A program made the position numbers and the translations under genes. Positions 44,671-55,700 of a stretch of DNA of 64,000 nt are shown in pieces. Positions within the stretch are counted from its first letter, which is position 1. Each line of letters starts with the position of its first letter. Under the pieces are notes generated by a model, which searched no databases, was not told the origin of the DNA, and saw only the letters and a program-made list of their open reading frames with translations. The DNA is taken from the NCBI GenBank assembly GCA_950097015.1, contig CATNEN010000001.1:6014001-6078000 (forward strand), read 5' to 3'. The DNA comes from Macrostomum hystrix (lineage: Eukaryota; Animalia; Platyhelminthes).

Positions 44671-47506
44671 GCTAATGGTAATAATATTGGAACCCTACTA
44701 TTTGATATAAAATATAGAATATGTAATGTGTTTACTGCTTAAGATGATGTATTACAAAAAATACAAAATTAGACTTATATAAGCATGAAAATAACATTTC
44801 TAGGCCTGCCTGCCTACTTCAACTAGAACACTATGACTAAAAAACCTAAAACAAACATTTGGACATCCTGAACTCAAACAGAAGTTCTAGGAACAACAGT
44901 AGCTAAGTTTTAAAAGTCCAAGCTTTTCAATAAATAATATAGGAAATACATTGACACACATTTAATTTGACTCCATAATTTCTATTATACTTAGTAAATA
45001 TGATTTTTTCATTACTAAAGTTATCTCCTACCCAAGTGTATTGCTATTTGAGTTGCTTGATAAAGATACCACTGTCTTTAAGTTTGATTCCACAGCATGG
45101 CCACATTTATTGGGGAGGCAGCTAGGGAGTGAAGGTTTGGCTGCTTGTTGTACAATTTATGTTCTTGAGGACTAACCTATAAGGCTCCAATAAAGTGTAC
45201 ATTGCCTGACAATGAGAAAGTCAAGGCAGATATACACACCTGTGTAAGCATATAGTATTTGTGTCCATATATGCTTATTGCCCAAAGCCCTCCTACATTA
45301 ATTATAATTATTATTATTAACATTAGCGCAATAGTTCAGAAGATAATTTTATTTCCAAACCTAACAAAAATATATAGGTCTACTATATTTTTACATTAAT
45401 TGGTCATAGGGCATATAAAATCAATTAAAAATGTGTGTAAACTGTGGAGCACAACAACTACACACGTGGGACCCCCTTAATTAAATGTATAGCTGAAACA
45501 AAGAAAAAAGCTGGATCCATTACTGGATTGATACTTATTAATTACAGACCAATAAGAAATTTGAAACACTGAATGACTGATTACTATATTAATGTTATAA
45601 CAAAAATTAGGTCTAGTACAGCTAGTAGTAGGCCTAGTAGTGGTTGTAGTAGAAGTAGGGGCCTACTGAGATGAACAATTATATAAAACACAATAGGCTA
45701 CTAATATAGCCATCAGAAATGTAACATAGCCATAGGCCTACAATAAAATTTTCTATAGCTACAGCTTAATCAATAGCCAAGCAAATAATTTTTGCTAGGC
45801 CTGTGATCCTTTAAAACTATATCTAAGGTTTACTTGAATTGGTAACAATAAGCTGGTTAGGCCTAGCTATTCTGTTGTTTTAGAAAAGCAAGCAAGCTTG
45901 CAAATTTTTTAGGCTGCTTTTTGGGCAGAATGCCTATCGCTTGCGAACACAGAAACTTATATGATTGAGAATATTGATTGTACAAAAAATGGAACTATTG
46001 GATAAGCATGCAAAATAAAATAGGCCTAGGCGGGCTAGGCCTAGCTAAATCATAAAATAGGACTTAAATGAACATATTATTTTATAAAAAGGAATTGATT
46101 TTGATCATGTTATCATATGGTTTGCACTTTGCGGTTTAATACAATAGACCCGCAAATAAAACTTGTGACACAACGACGTGTTGCACATTTACAAAAAGTA
46201 ATTAAGCTTAATAATCATTCGTATGGAATTTATAACACAAGTAATAACTGGTGAAGTATTTTTCCGTGAAACAGTCTCCCACGAACACAACTCATCCAGG
46301 CCTAATAAATAACGCTTCATTTGAAATTGGTGGGTGGAATCAGTTGCTTAATAAGAGTATAATATTTGAAAAAAAAATTTTATATCTAATGTTTGTTATA
46401 GTTTGCATCCACAAAAATATTTCACGAACTTGCAATCGCGTAGTATAAAAAAATACTTCCTCCCCTCTAGACAGCAAGAAAATTAGTAGTTAGTATAGCA
46501 GTCTAGTATAGGGCTTTCTTTTTGTGAATATAGGATGCGAAAAACGGTATACTTAACAAATTAAACGATATAAACTATATAGTAACTGTAACAGTGCAAT
46601 TTTCAGCAACTATAAAAATGTTCTTAATTAAATATTTGGACGCATATACTTTTAAGTTACTGTTTAGCATCTGTTCGTTGGCTACTACTCATACTGGCAG
46701 GGGTGAAAATGCCGCGAAAATCTGTAAGGCCGTGAGTCCGAGAACTCTACAACTCGAGATGTTGCCTAACTTGCCTAAAGATGTTTTCTGAAAAAAAACG
46801 GCACCAAAAGAGTGGCGTCGTGTGCCACGGTTTTTCACCTTTAGTAGGGCGCCACATAAGGGCAGGTCGACCACCCTGTATCCTTCAGTTGGGAGGGATA
46901 ATACACTCAGTGGAGGAAGCCATGACTAGTGAATAAACTTACTAATCCATTACATTACAAAAGCGAAAAATTAGCCAATTTTTTAATATTTATTGAATTA
47001 AATTTTACTTAATGTGCGACCCGCAGGCAGGCTGTCAATTTTTTGTTATTGAGTGCAGTTTATTACTGTTTTTATTAAGTACAATCAATTTGTTATTGTA
47101 CTTCAGAGTTAGTGCAACTTTGGATGCTTTGTGTTTCGGAGCGGATTTTGTAGAAGAAATGCCTAAAATACATTTGTCAAAGCGAAAGTAGTTAATATGT
47201 AATTTATGGAACAATTATACCAATCACCCACCTTTCCACTTCTTTTGTCACCGATTCTCATTAACTCACGTGCACTTGATTTATATTCATTGTCTTTCTC
47301 TTTAGCACATAGCGGATGTAAGTTCTCAACCGTAATATTACGATCAATCAGTTGACGTCCCCGTATTGTTGTTTGAGAGCCCAATTCCTCATTGTTAATT
47401 GATCGATGGGTCTATATGGCATTTGGAACAATGGGTTTGATGCAGTCGATAAAATCGCTTCTGTACAGCTCACAGGACATTTACCGTCAAGGAGAGAATA
47501 CTTTCG

Positions 47507-47520
47507 GTTGCCATAGCAAC
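47507..47520. promoter_or_regulatory. RFX X-box motif GTTGCCATAGCAAC
   Basis: Exact match to the consensus GTNRCC-N(0-3)-RGYAAC, in the divergent region between SMKR1 and the lectin-like gene. Confidence 0.65.
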
Positions 47521-47713
47521 GATAGGAATAGAATGAGGAAGCGAGAGAGAATCGAAAGTCTTCAATATAATTTTTTCGTTTCTTCGCCTTCACTGCACGG
47601 GTTTCTGATTTTCTATTTTTTAAAACGTGAAATATAACCAGCAATGTGATCTATATTGGCATTGAAACAAAATCTGATAAGTTCAATGTATTCGATTGAT
47701 TCAATTGAAACTT

Positions 47714-47715
47714 CT

Positions 47716-47749
<34 letters not shown>

Positions 47750-47897
47750 CTGTCTGTCCGTCTGTCTGTCTGTCTGTCCGTCTGTCCGTCTGTCTGTCTG
47801 TCTGTCCGTCTGTCTGTGAGTCTATCTGTCTGTCTGTCAGTCAGCGTGTCTGCCTGTTTGTCTGTCTGTCTGTCTGTCTCTCTTTGAGTCTATCTGT
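47714..47897. repeat. (TCTG)n microsatellite
   Basis: Imperfect TCTG/TCCG run. Confidence 0.95.
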
Positions 47898-48144
47898 CAA
47901 AAACATTTTGCTGTTTTGAGCAAGCTTCCAAAGAGATATTCGTAAAACTCATGGAGAACGCTCATTGGTCAGAATTTTCATCCAATTAGAACTCGCTAAA
48001 TAAACTTGCGACGATAACAGAAAGATTTTCTCATCGATAAAAATCCGAGACATCATTTTTTCCGCGAAAACCAAGGCTTTAAAAAAGGAAAGAAAATAAG
48101 CAACAAATAAACAGCAATACAGATCTCAAACCAACGGCTCTGAA

Positions 48145-51100
48145 ATGTTGCCTTATAACGGCAGGTTGCAATACAAAGTGCTTCATGTCCATTTGACCAT
48201 TCTTTGGGTTTCGCATTTTTGGTAAACTCGCTTTAAATTTCCTTCGATTTTGTATGAATTTATTTAGTTTATTTTCTCATTAAAAACTTAAAACTTGCAG
48301 CTTAATAGGGGCCGAGAAGTACATGTACCAAGCCTCCAATACATCCAGCACCATATTTGAAAGCTTCGGTTTCTATGGCAACGAAGCTTACTACACGGTT
48401 CGCGACATGTCGATGGCATTCCCGCTGACAATTGAAGCCTGTCCACTAGTTGCATCTGATCGACCAAGTAGCTTGGCTGGGTTCAGAAATGCCAATGACT
48501 GGGCTGCTTTCTTGGAAACAGCGTCTAGGTAAGTGGATTAAAATTATAAATGCCAGTTCAGTTGTAGAAATTTCAGCTACTAGTCATAGAAACGCGAGTT
48601 CTGTCATAGAAACGCCAGTTCTGTCATAGAAACGCCAGTTCTGTCATAGAAACGTTAGTTCTGTCATAGAAACGCCAGTTCTGTCATAGAAACGTTAGTT
48701 CTGTCATAGAAACGCCAGTTCTGTCATAGAAACGTTAGTTCTGTCATAGAAACGCCAGTTCTGTCATAGAAACGTTAGTTCTGTCATAGAAACGCGAGTT
48801 CTGTCATAGAAACGTTAGCTCTGTCATAGAAACGCCAGTTCTGTCATAGAAACGCGAGTTCTGTCATAGAAACGTCAGTTCTGTCATAGAAACGTCAGTT
48901 CTGTCATAGCTAAACGCGAGTTCTGTCATAGAAACGTCAATTCTGTCATAGATACGTCAGTTCTGTCATAGAAACGTCAATTCTGTCATAGAAACGCCAG
49001 TTCTGTCATAGAAACGCCAGTTCTGTCATAGAAACGCGAGTTCTGTCATAGAAACGTCAGTTCTGTCATAGAAACGTCAATTCTGTCATAGAAACGCCAG
49101 TTCTGTCATAGAAACGCCAGTTCTGTCATAGAAACGTCAGTTCTGTCATGAAAATGCATCAGTTTACACAGATGTGAAATGGATACCAGTATCAGCTGTT
49201 GTAATTCTATTTCTATCGCTCCCCAGTAAGTGGACTGAATAAAAGTAAATCAATAGCAAAAAAATGTGTATGCAGATGTGCAGCCGTCAGCACAGCCGCA
49301 GCTTTTGCTCTGTTCAGTCCATGGACTGGGGGGACGCCACACCCACCCTCAATTACCCCAACTGATTTGGACACAAAGATTTCGACTAAATGACACAATT
49401 TGTTCCAGTGGAGTCAGGAATGTAACTCCTGACATTTAAGTCGTAAGTCAGACGCTCTAACCACAAGGCTACAACCTCCCATCTGAACTAAACAACTGTA
49501 CACGATTAGCTGCGGCTGTGCTTAGATTGGGGCAGGTGTAATCCAAGGACAATGTAAGACCTTGACTTGTGTTCTTAAGTTGTCCTTGGCTTAATACATT
49601 TCTTTCATCATTTTAATTTTCGAATTTACAAATATTCTGTTTTAAAATTTCTTACTTCTGATATAGGAATGTCAGTTCAGTTGTAAAAATCTCAGCTATT
49701 GTTGAAACTGACAGCTCTGAAGTAGATATGTCAGTTTGTTTAAATACGAGCTACAGAACTGTCAGTTTCAACAATAGCTGACATTTTTACAACTGAACTG
49801 ACATTCCTATATCAGAAGTCAGAAATTTTAAAACAGAATATTTGTAAATTCGAAAGTGAAACTCTTTTGACATATCAATTAAGTACTCGATCTCACTCTT
49901 AGACAAGGCGTTGCCGCTCAAGCCAGCAACCTAGTCAATACGGGTCTTCGCCTGCCGTCACTACCCACTGAGCCAGTCAACTTGATCAGATTCTTATGGG
50001 CTGACAATGATCAGACAGCTCAATTACTCAACCCGGCTTCCGCTACGCACCAGTTCGTTGGCGTTAATCTGACCTACTGCTCATCGATGGCCGAGCCGGA
50101 GTCCAGCAGTGTCATCAACTTGTCAAACTGTTTACAATCGTTTGCAGCTGAAGAAAATATCAGCGGTCGCGTTTTATGCGTGTTTAAAAGTCCCGAAGAT
50201 GGTTAGTATGACCCATATTTGTTTATTTGTTTACAACTACTAATGGTAGCCCTTATATTTGATTCAAGGACCCCTAGGAGTAAAATAATTGGAATCTAAT
50301 TTTTTTAGAAACCTCTTAGAGAGCGTTTCTTAGAAAAGGTCTTAGAAAGCATTTCTTAGAAAAGGTCTTAGAAAGCATTTCTTAGAAAAGGTCGTAGAAA
50401 GCATTTCTTAGAAAATGTTTTAGAAACCATTTCTTAGAAAAGGTCGTAGAAAGCGTTACTTCGAAACCCACTGAATTATTGTCATGGTAAAATGGTGATA
50501 ACTTTTAGTTTTAAGAATACATGAGTATAGTTGTGGCAGCTGACAAAAAATTATTTTAGAATATATTATAATAAATGTACTTGATCACTGATCAGAGGTT
50601 AACTCATCAAAATTTTAGTTTCCAAGTGTTTTTCAAATTTCAATTTTTCACGTTTAGACTTGACAGAAATTGATGAAGCGGATAATTTAAACTAATATCA
50701 GAAGATTAGCCTCTGATTCACCTTCAATCAGTCACAAATTTTATGCAGAAAGGTTTAAAATTCCTATTGCAGTCTTCTAGACTCACAAAGATTTTCTTAG
50801 AAACGTAGTTTGCCCAATGATTTTCTTAGAAACGTAGTTTGCCTAATTATTTTCTTAGAAACGTAGTTTGCAGAATGATTTTCTTAGAAACGTAGTTTGC
50901 CCAATTATTTTCTTAGAAACGTAGTTCGCCCAATGATTTTCTTAGAAATGTAGTTTGCCCAATGATTTTCTTAGAAACGTAGTTCGCCCAATGATTTTCT
51001 ACTACATGGAGACACACAATGAAAAACTAATTTAATCAATAGATCTTTTAAAAGTTGTTTGTAAGAATTGAAAGACTCCCATTTCGTATAGAAACACAGT

Positions 51101-52264
51101 TAATTACCGATTTATAGGACCAAAAATTGACCTAAATTCATTGATTTCAGTTTCGTACCGAAAAGAACGAAATGAATGTACTTGGCGTTAAATAAATCAA
51201 ATTTTATCTTCACTTTTCTTACAAGGTACAAGCGATAAGCTAATTCCTAACATTTAACATGTATTCAAAAATATTTCAAGCAATATTTATCCTGTCTACG
51301 AGTAGCTGTACAGCTGTACTCAGAGAAGGTCGATAGTCTCAACTTTAATCGAAACTGACGATGCCCATCACTGCGCACGACTTAGAAATTTAAATTCTAA
51401 TACAGTTTTCTTATTTCTCGCAACGATGCTTCAGTGCCGTCATCAAACAGTACGGAGCCAACGGAGCTGTTCTCATGTGTCACCGCATCAGATGCCAACC
51501 AAACCATCTGCATTAGCCAGGCTTCCGTGGTTCGACAGACAGGTAAGTTTGATGAAGTTTAAGCCAAAAACTCTGTAAGCCAAAAACTTGGAAAATTTTT
51601 GTTGCAGATTCCGCTGAAAAATTCTGCACCAGCTATGGAGCCAGACTGCTTGGCAAAGCGTGAGTTCAGAAGATGCGTGAAAGAGCATGACTTTGCTTGC
51701 TATATTTCTGTAATAAAAATACGAACTGTTTCCTTAACTTCCTCATAAACCAAAAGCTTCACAATGATAACTAATATTTGAGTAACCCTGCCCCAATTGG
51801 GTGCAGTCGACAGCACAGGCGCGTCTAACAGCTGGATGTACTCGAGCGATTCCAGTTGAATCGGGAATCGAACCCCCGACCTTCAATCCCTTTACAATCC
51901 CTAGGTACAAAATTAGTATTGGTAGTTCAGTAGCTGAGATCATATAGCCTCCTGTGTTCATGCCCGGCCAGGATCAATTTGACCATAGACAACAGTTCGG
52001 TCACTCTGCCCGGCTTTTTACATTTGGCCTGCTATCGAGCCAACAACTGGATGTGGCCGGATGGATCCCTGAGCAATGCCTCCCGGCTGCCTCAAGACTT
52101 TAGCGGCTATCGGCCGACTGTACCGCTTGGATATGAAAGAGCACAGACCATCTATGCATTGGCTAGACTGCTCAGCAACAGCAGCAGCGAATCTGTTCGT
52201 CCAATCTCGTTTCAGTGGCTTCTGACAAGCAATGACTCAACACTGGTTGTACCAGCTTGCATTG
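48145..52264 (+). CDS. Secreted/cell-surface protein with divergent C-type-lectin-like domains, 5' part only (continues beyond the window)
   Basis: Six phase-consistent exons: 48145-48221, 48301-48528, 49903-50201, 51435-51542, 51608-51659, 51972-52264 (phases 2,2,1,1,2, ending in phase 1 at a GTAGGT donor). Signal-like hydrophobic start; CTLD-like motifs EAC...LA.F.N..DW, TGL...FLWAD, AEKFCTSYGARL, WMWPDGS; many N-x-S/T sequons. Domain identity is tentative. Confidence 0.7.
48583..49150. repeat. Intronic minisatellite, 20-bp unit (GTTCTGTCATAGAAACGCCA)
   Basis: Tandem array in intron 2 of the lectin-like gene. Confidence 0.96.
49270..49480 (-). mobile_element. Decayed copy of the tRNA/CORE-like SINE with its central domain deleted or replaced
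   Basis: Reverse-complement matches CTGTTCAGTCCATGGACTGGGGGGACGCCACACCCACC, TTGTTCCAGTGGAGTC and CTAACCACAAGGCTACAACCTCC; a plus-strand 3' fragment follows at ~49485-49543. Confidence 0.88.
49618..49855. repeat. Long inverted repeat/foldback (arms ~105 bp, loop ~28 bp)
   Basis: 49618-49722 is the reverse complement of 49751-49855 with about 4 mismatches. Confidence 0.93.
50305..50462. repeat. Short intronic tandem repeat (TTCTTAGAAAAGGTCTTAGAAAGCAT)
   Basis: About six copies; shares TTCTTAGAAA with 50790-51000. Confidence 0.88.
50790..51000. repeat. Short intronic tandem repeat, ~29-bp unit (TTTTCTTAGAAACGTAGTTTGCCCAATGA)
   Basis: About seven copies. Confidence 0.9.
51785..51910 (-). mobile_element. 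Heavily deleted SINE remnant
   Basis: Reverse-complement matches to the SINE 3' hairpin (CCTGCCCCAATTGGGT, GTGCAGTCGACAGCAC) and to the B box (TCGGGAATCGAACCCCCGACCTTCAA). Confidence 0.75.
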
Positions 52265-52736
52265 GTAGGTTTTATTTTGAATTTAATATTGGGTTCAGCC
52301 TCGAATAGAAGGATTTCAAATTGTGTTTAAAAAATATTATTCCTATCAGTTTTTTTAATTAAAATCAATCGTTAAATATTTTCAGAGTTTATACGTATAA
52401 ACAAAATTCATTGCTTGATTTTTTACAAGAAAATTGGTTCCCTTAGTTTGCATAACCCACACGCAAGTTAAAAATCTTTCGTGATAGCAATACAGATTGG
52501 GAGTTTTGAAGAGATCTTAAATTATTCTGTCTTGCCTTAGTCAACAAATCATTTCAAAAAAATTCTCGTTTCCCGCCTAGAAGGAAATTGTGCATGCTGG
52601 GGTCTGTTATTTTAAATAAATTCTTCGTTGGAACCCGAAGCAAGGAACGCTTTCCATCAAATCTTTTGGAAAGGACAAATACTGGCAGTTATAGAATATC
52701 ACTTAAGAAAAAACATTTAACACTTAGTCTGTGAAG

Positions 52737-55700
52737 CCCCATTCTGTAAAATCAGCTCCCCATTCTGTAAAATCAGCTCCCCATTCTGTAAAATCAGCTC
52801 CCCATTCTGTAAAATCAGCCACTCATTCTGTAAAATCAGCTCCCCATTCTGTAAAATATGCCATTGATTCTGTAAAATCAGCTCCTCATTCTGTAAAATC
52901 AGCTCCTCATTCTGTAAAATCAGCTCCTCATTCTGTAAAATCAGCCACTCATTCTGTAATATCAGCCACTCATTCTGTAAAATCAGCTCCTCATTCTGTA
53001 AAATCAGCCACTCATTCTGTAAAATCAGCCACTCATTCTGTAAAATCAGCTCCTCATTCTGTAAAATCTGCCCTTGATTCTGTAAAGTCTGCCCTTGATT
53101 CTGTCAAATCAGCTCCTCATTCTGTAAAATCTGCCATTGATTCTGTAAAATCAGCTCCCCATTCTGTAAAATCTGCCCTTGATTCTGTAAAGTCTGCCCT
53201 TGATTCTGTAAAATCAGCTTCCCATTCTGTAAAATCAGTCCCTCATTCTGTAAAATCAGCTCCTCATTCTGTAAAATCAGTCCCTCATTCTGTAAAATCA
53301 GCTCCTCATTCTGTAAAATCAGTCCCTCATTCTGTAAAATCAGATCCCCATTCTGTAAAATCAGATCCCCATTCTGTAAAATCAGCTCCTCATTCTGTAA
53401 AATCTGCCATTGATTCTGTAAAATCAGCTCCTCATTCTGTAAAATCAGTCCCTCATTCTGTAAAATCAGCTCCTCATTCTGTAAAATCAGTCCCTCATTC
53501 TGTAAAATCAGCTCCCCATTCTGTAAAATCAGCTCCTCATTCTGTAAAATCAGTCCCTCATTCTGTAAAATCAGCTCCCCATTCTGTAAAATCAGCTCCT
53601 CATTCTGTAAAATCAGCTCCCCATTCTGTAAAATCAGCTCCCCATTCTGTAAAATCAGCTCCCCATTCTGTAAAATCTGCCCTTGATTCTGTAAAATCAG
53701 CTCCTCATTCTGTAAAATCTGCCATTGATTCTGTAAAATCAGCTCCCCATTCTGTAAAATCTGCCCTTGATTCTGTAAAGTCTGCCCTTGATTCTGTTAA
53801 ATCAGCTCCTCATTCTGTAAAATCTGCCATTGATTCTGTAAAATCAGCTCCCCATTCTGTAAAATCTGCCCTTGATTCTGTAAAATCAGCTCCTCATTCT
53901 GTAAAATCAGTCCCTCATTCTGTAAAATCAGCTCCCCATTCTGTAAAATCAGCTCCTCATTCTGTAAAATCAGCTCCCCATTCTGTAAAATCAGCTCCCT
54001 ATTCTGTAAAATCAGCTCCCCATTCTGTAAAATCTGCCCTTGATTCTGTAAAATCAGCTCCCCATTCTGTAAAATCTGCCCTTGATTCTGTTAAATCAGC
54101 TCCTCATTCTGTAAAATCTGCCATTGATTCTGTAAAATCAGCTCCCCATTCTGTAAAATCTGCCCTTGATTCTGTAAAATCAGCTCCTCATTCTGTAAAA
54201 TCTGCCATTGATTCTGTAAAATCAGCTCCCCATTCTGTAAAATCTGCCCTTGATTCTGTAAAGTCTGCCCTTGATTCTGTTAAATCAGCTCCTCATTCTG
54301 TAAAATCAGCTCCTCATTCTGTAAAATCAGCTCCCCATTCTGTAAAATCAGCTTCTCATACTGTAAAATCAGCTCCCCATTCTGTAAAATCAGCTTCCCA
54401 TTCTGTAAAATCAGCTTCCCATTCTGTAAAATCAGCTTCTCATTCTGTAAAATCAGTCCCTCATTCTGTAAAATCAGCTCCTCATTCTGTAAAATCAGTC
54501 CCTCATTCTGTAAAATCAGCTTCCCATTCTGTAAAATCAGCTTCTCATTCTGTAAAATCAGCTTCTCATTCTGTAAAATCTGCTCTTGATTCCGTAAAAT
54601 CAGCTCCTCATTCTGTAAAATCAGCTTCTCATACTGTAAAATCAGCCACTCATTCTGTAAAATCAGCTCCTCATTCTGTAAAATCAGCTCCTCATTCTGT
54701 AAAATCAGTCCCTCATTCTGTAAAATCAGCTCCCCATTCTGTAAAATCAGCTTCTCATTCTGTAAAATCAGCTCCTCATTCTGTAAAATCAGCTTCTCAT
54801 TCTGTAATATCAGCTCCTTATTCTGTAAAATCAGCTCCCCATTCTGTAAAATCAGCTCCTCATTCTGTAAAATCAGCTTCTCATTCTGTAAAATCAGCTC
54901 CTCATTCCGTAAAATCAGCTCCTCATTCTGTAAAATCAGCTCCTCATTCTGTAAAATCAGCTTCTCATTCTGTAAAATCAGCTCCTCATTCTGTAAAATC
55001 AGCTCCCCATTCTGTAAAATCAGCTCCTCATTCTGTAAAATCAGCTCCTCATTCTATAAAATCAGCTCCTCATTCTGTAAAATCAGCTCCCCATTCTGTA
55101 AAATCAGCTCCCCATTCTGTAAAATCAGCTCCTCATTCTGTAAAATCAGTCCCTCATTCTGTAAAATCAGCTCCCCATTCTGTAAAATCAGCTCCCCATT
55201 CTGTAAAATCTGCTCTTGATTCTGTAAAATCAGCTTCTCATTCTGTAAAATCAGCTCCTCATTCCGTAAAATCAGCTCCTCATTCTGTAAAATCAGCTTC
55301 TCATTCTGTAAAATCAGCTTCTCATTCTGTAAAATCAGCTCCTCATTCTGTAAAATCAGCTTCTCATTCTGTAAAATCAGCTCCTCATTCTGTAAAATCA
55401 GCTTCTCATTCTGTAAAATCAGCTCCTCATTCTGTAAAATCAGCTCCCCATTCTGTAAAATCAGCTCCTCATTCTGTAAAATCAGCTTCTCATTCTGTAA
55501 AATCAGCTCCTCATTCCGTAAAATCAGCTCCTCATTCTGTAAAATCAGCTCCTCATTCTGTAAAATCAGCTCCTCATTCCGTAAAATCAGCTCCTCATTC
55601 TGTAAAATCAGCTCCCCATTCTGTAAAATCTGCCATTGATTCTGTAAAATCAGCTCCTCATTCTGTAAAATCAGTCCCTCATTCTGTAAAATCAGTCCCT

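Noticed and set aside
46697-46878. Possible hAT-like element (CAGGGGTG...CACCCTG)
   Set aside because: The ends match only loosely and there is no TSD
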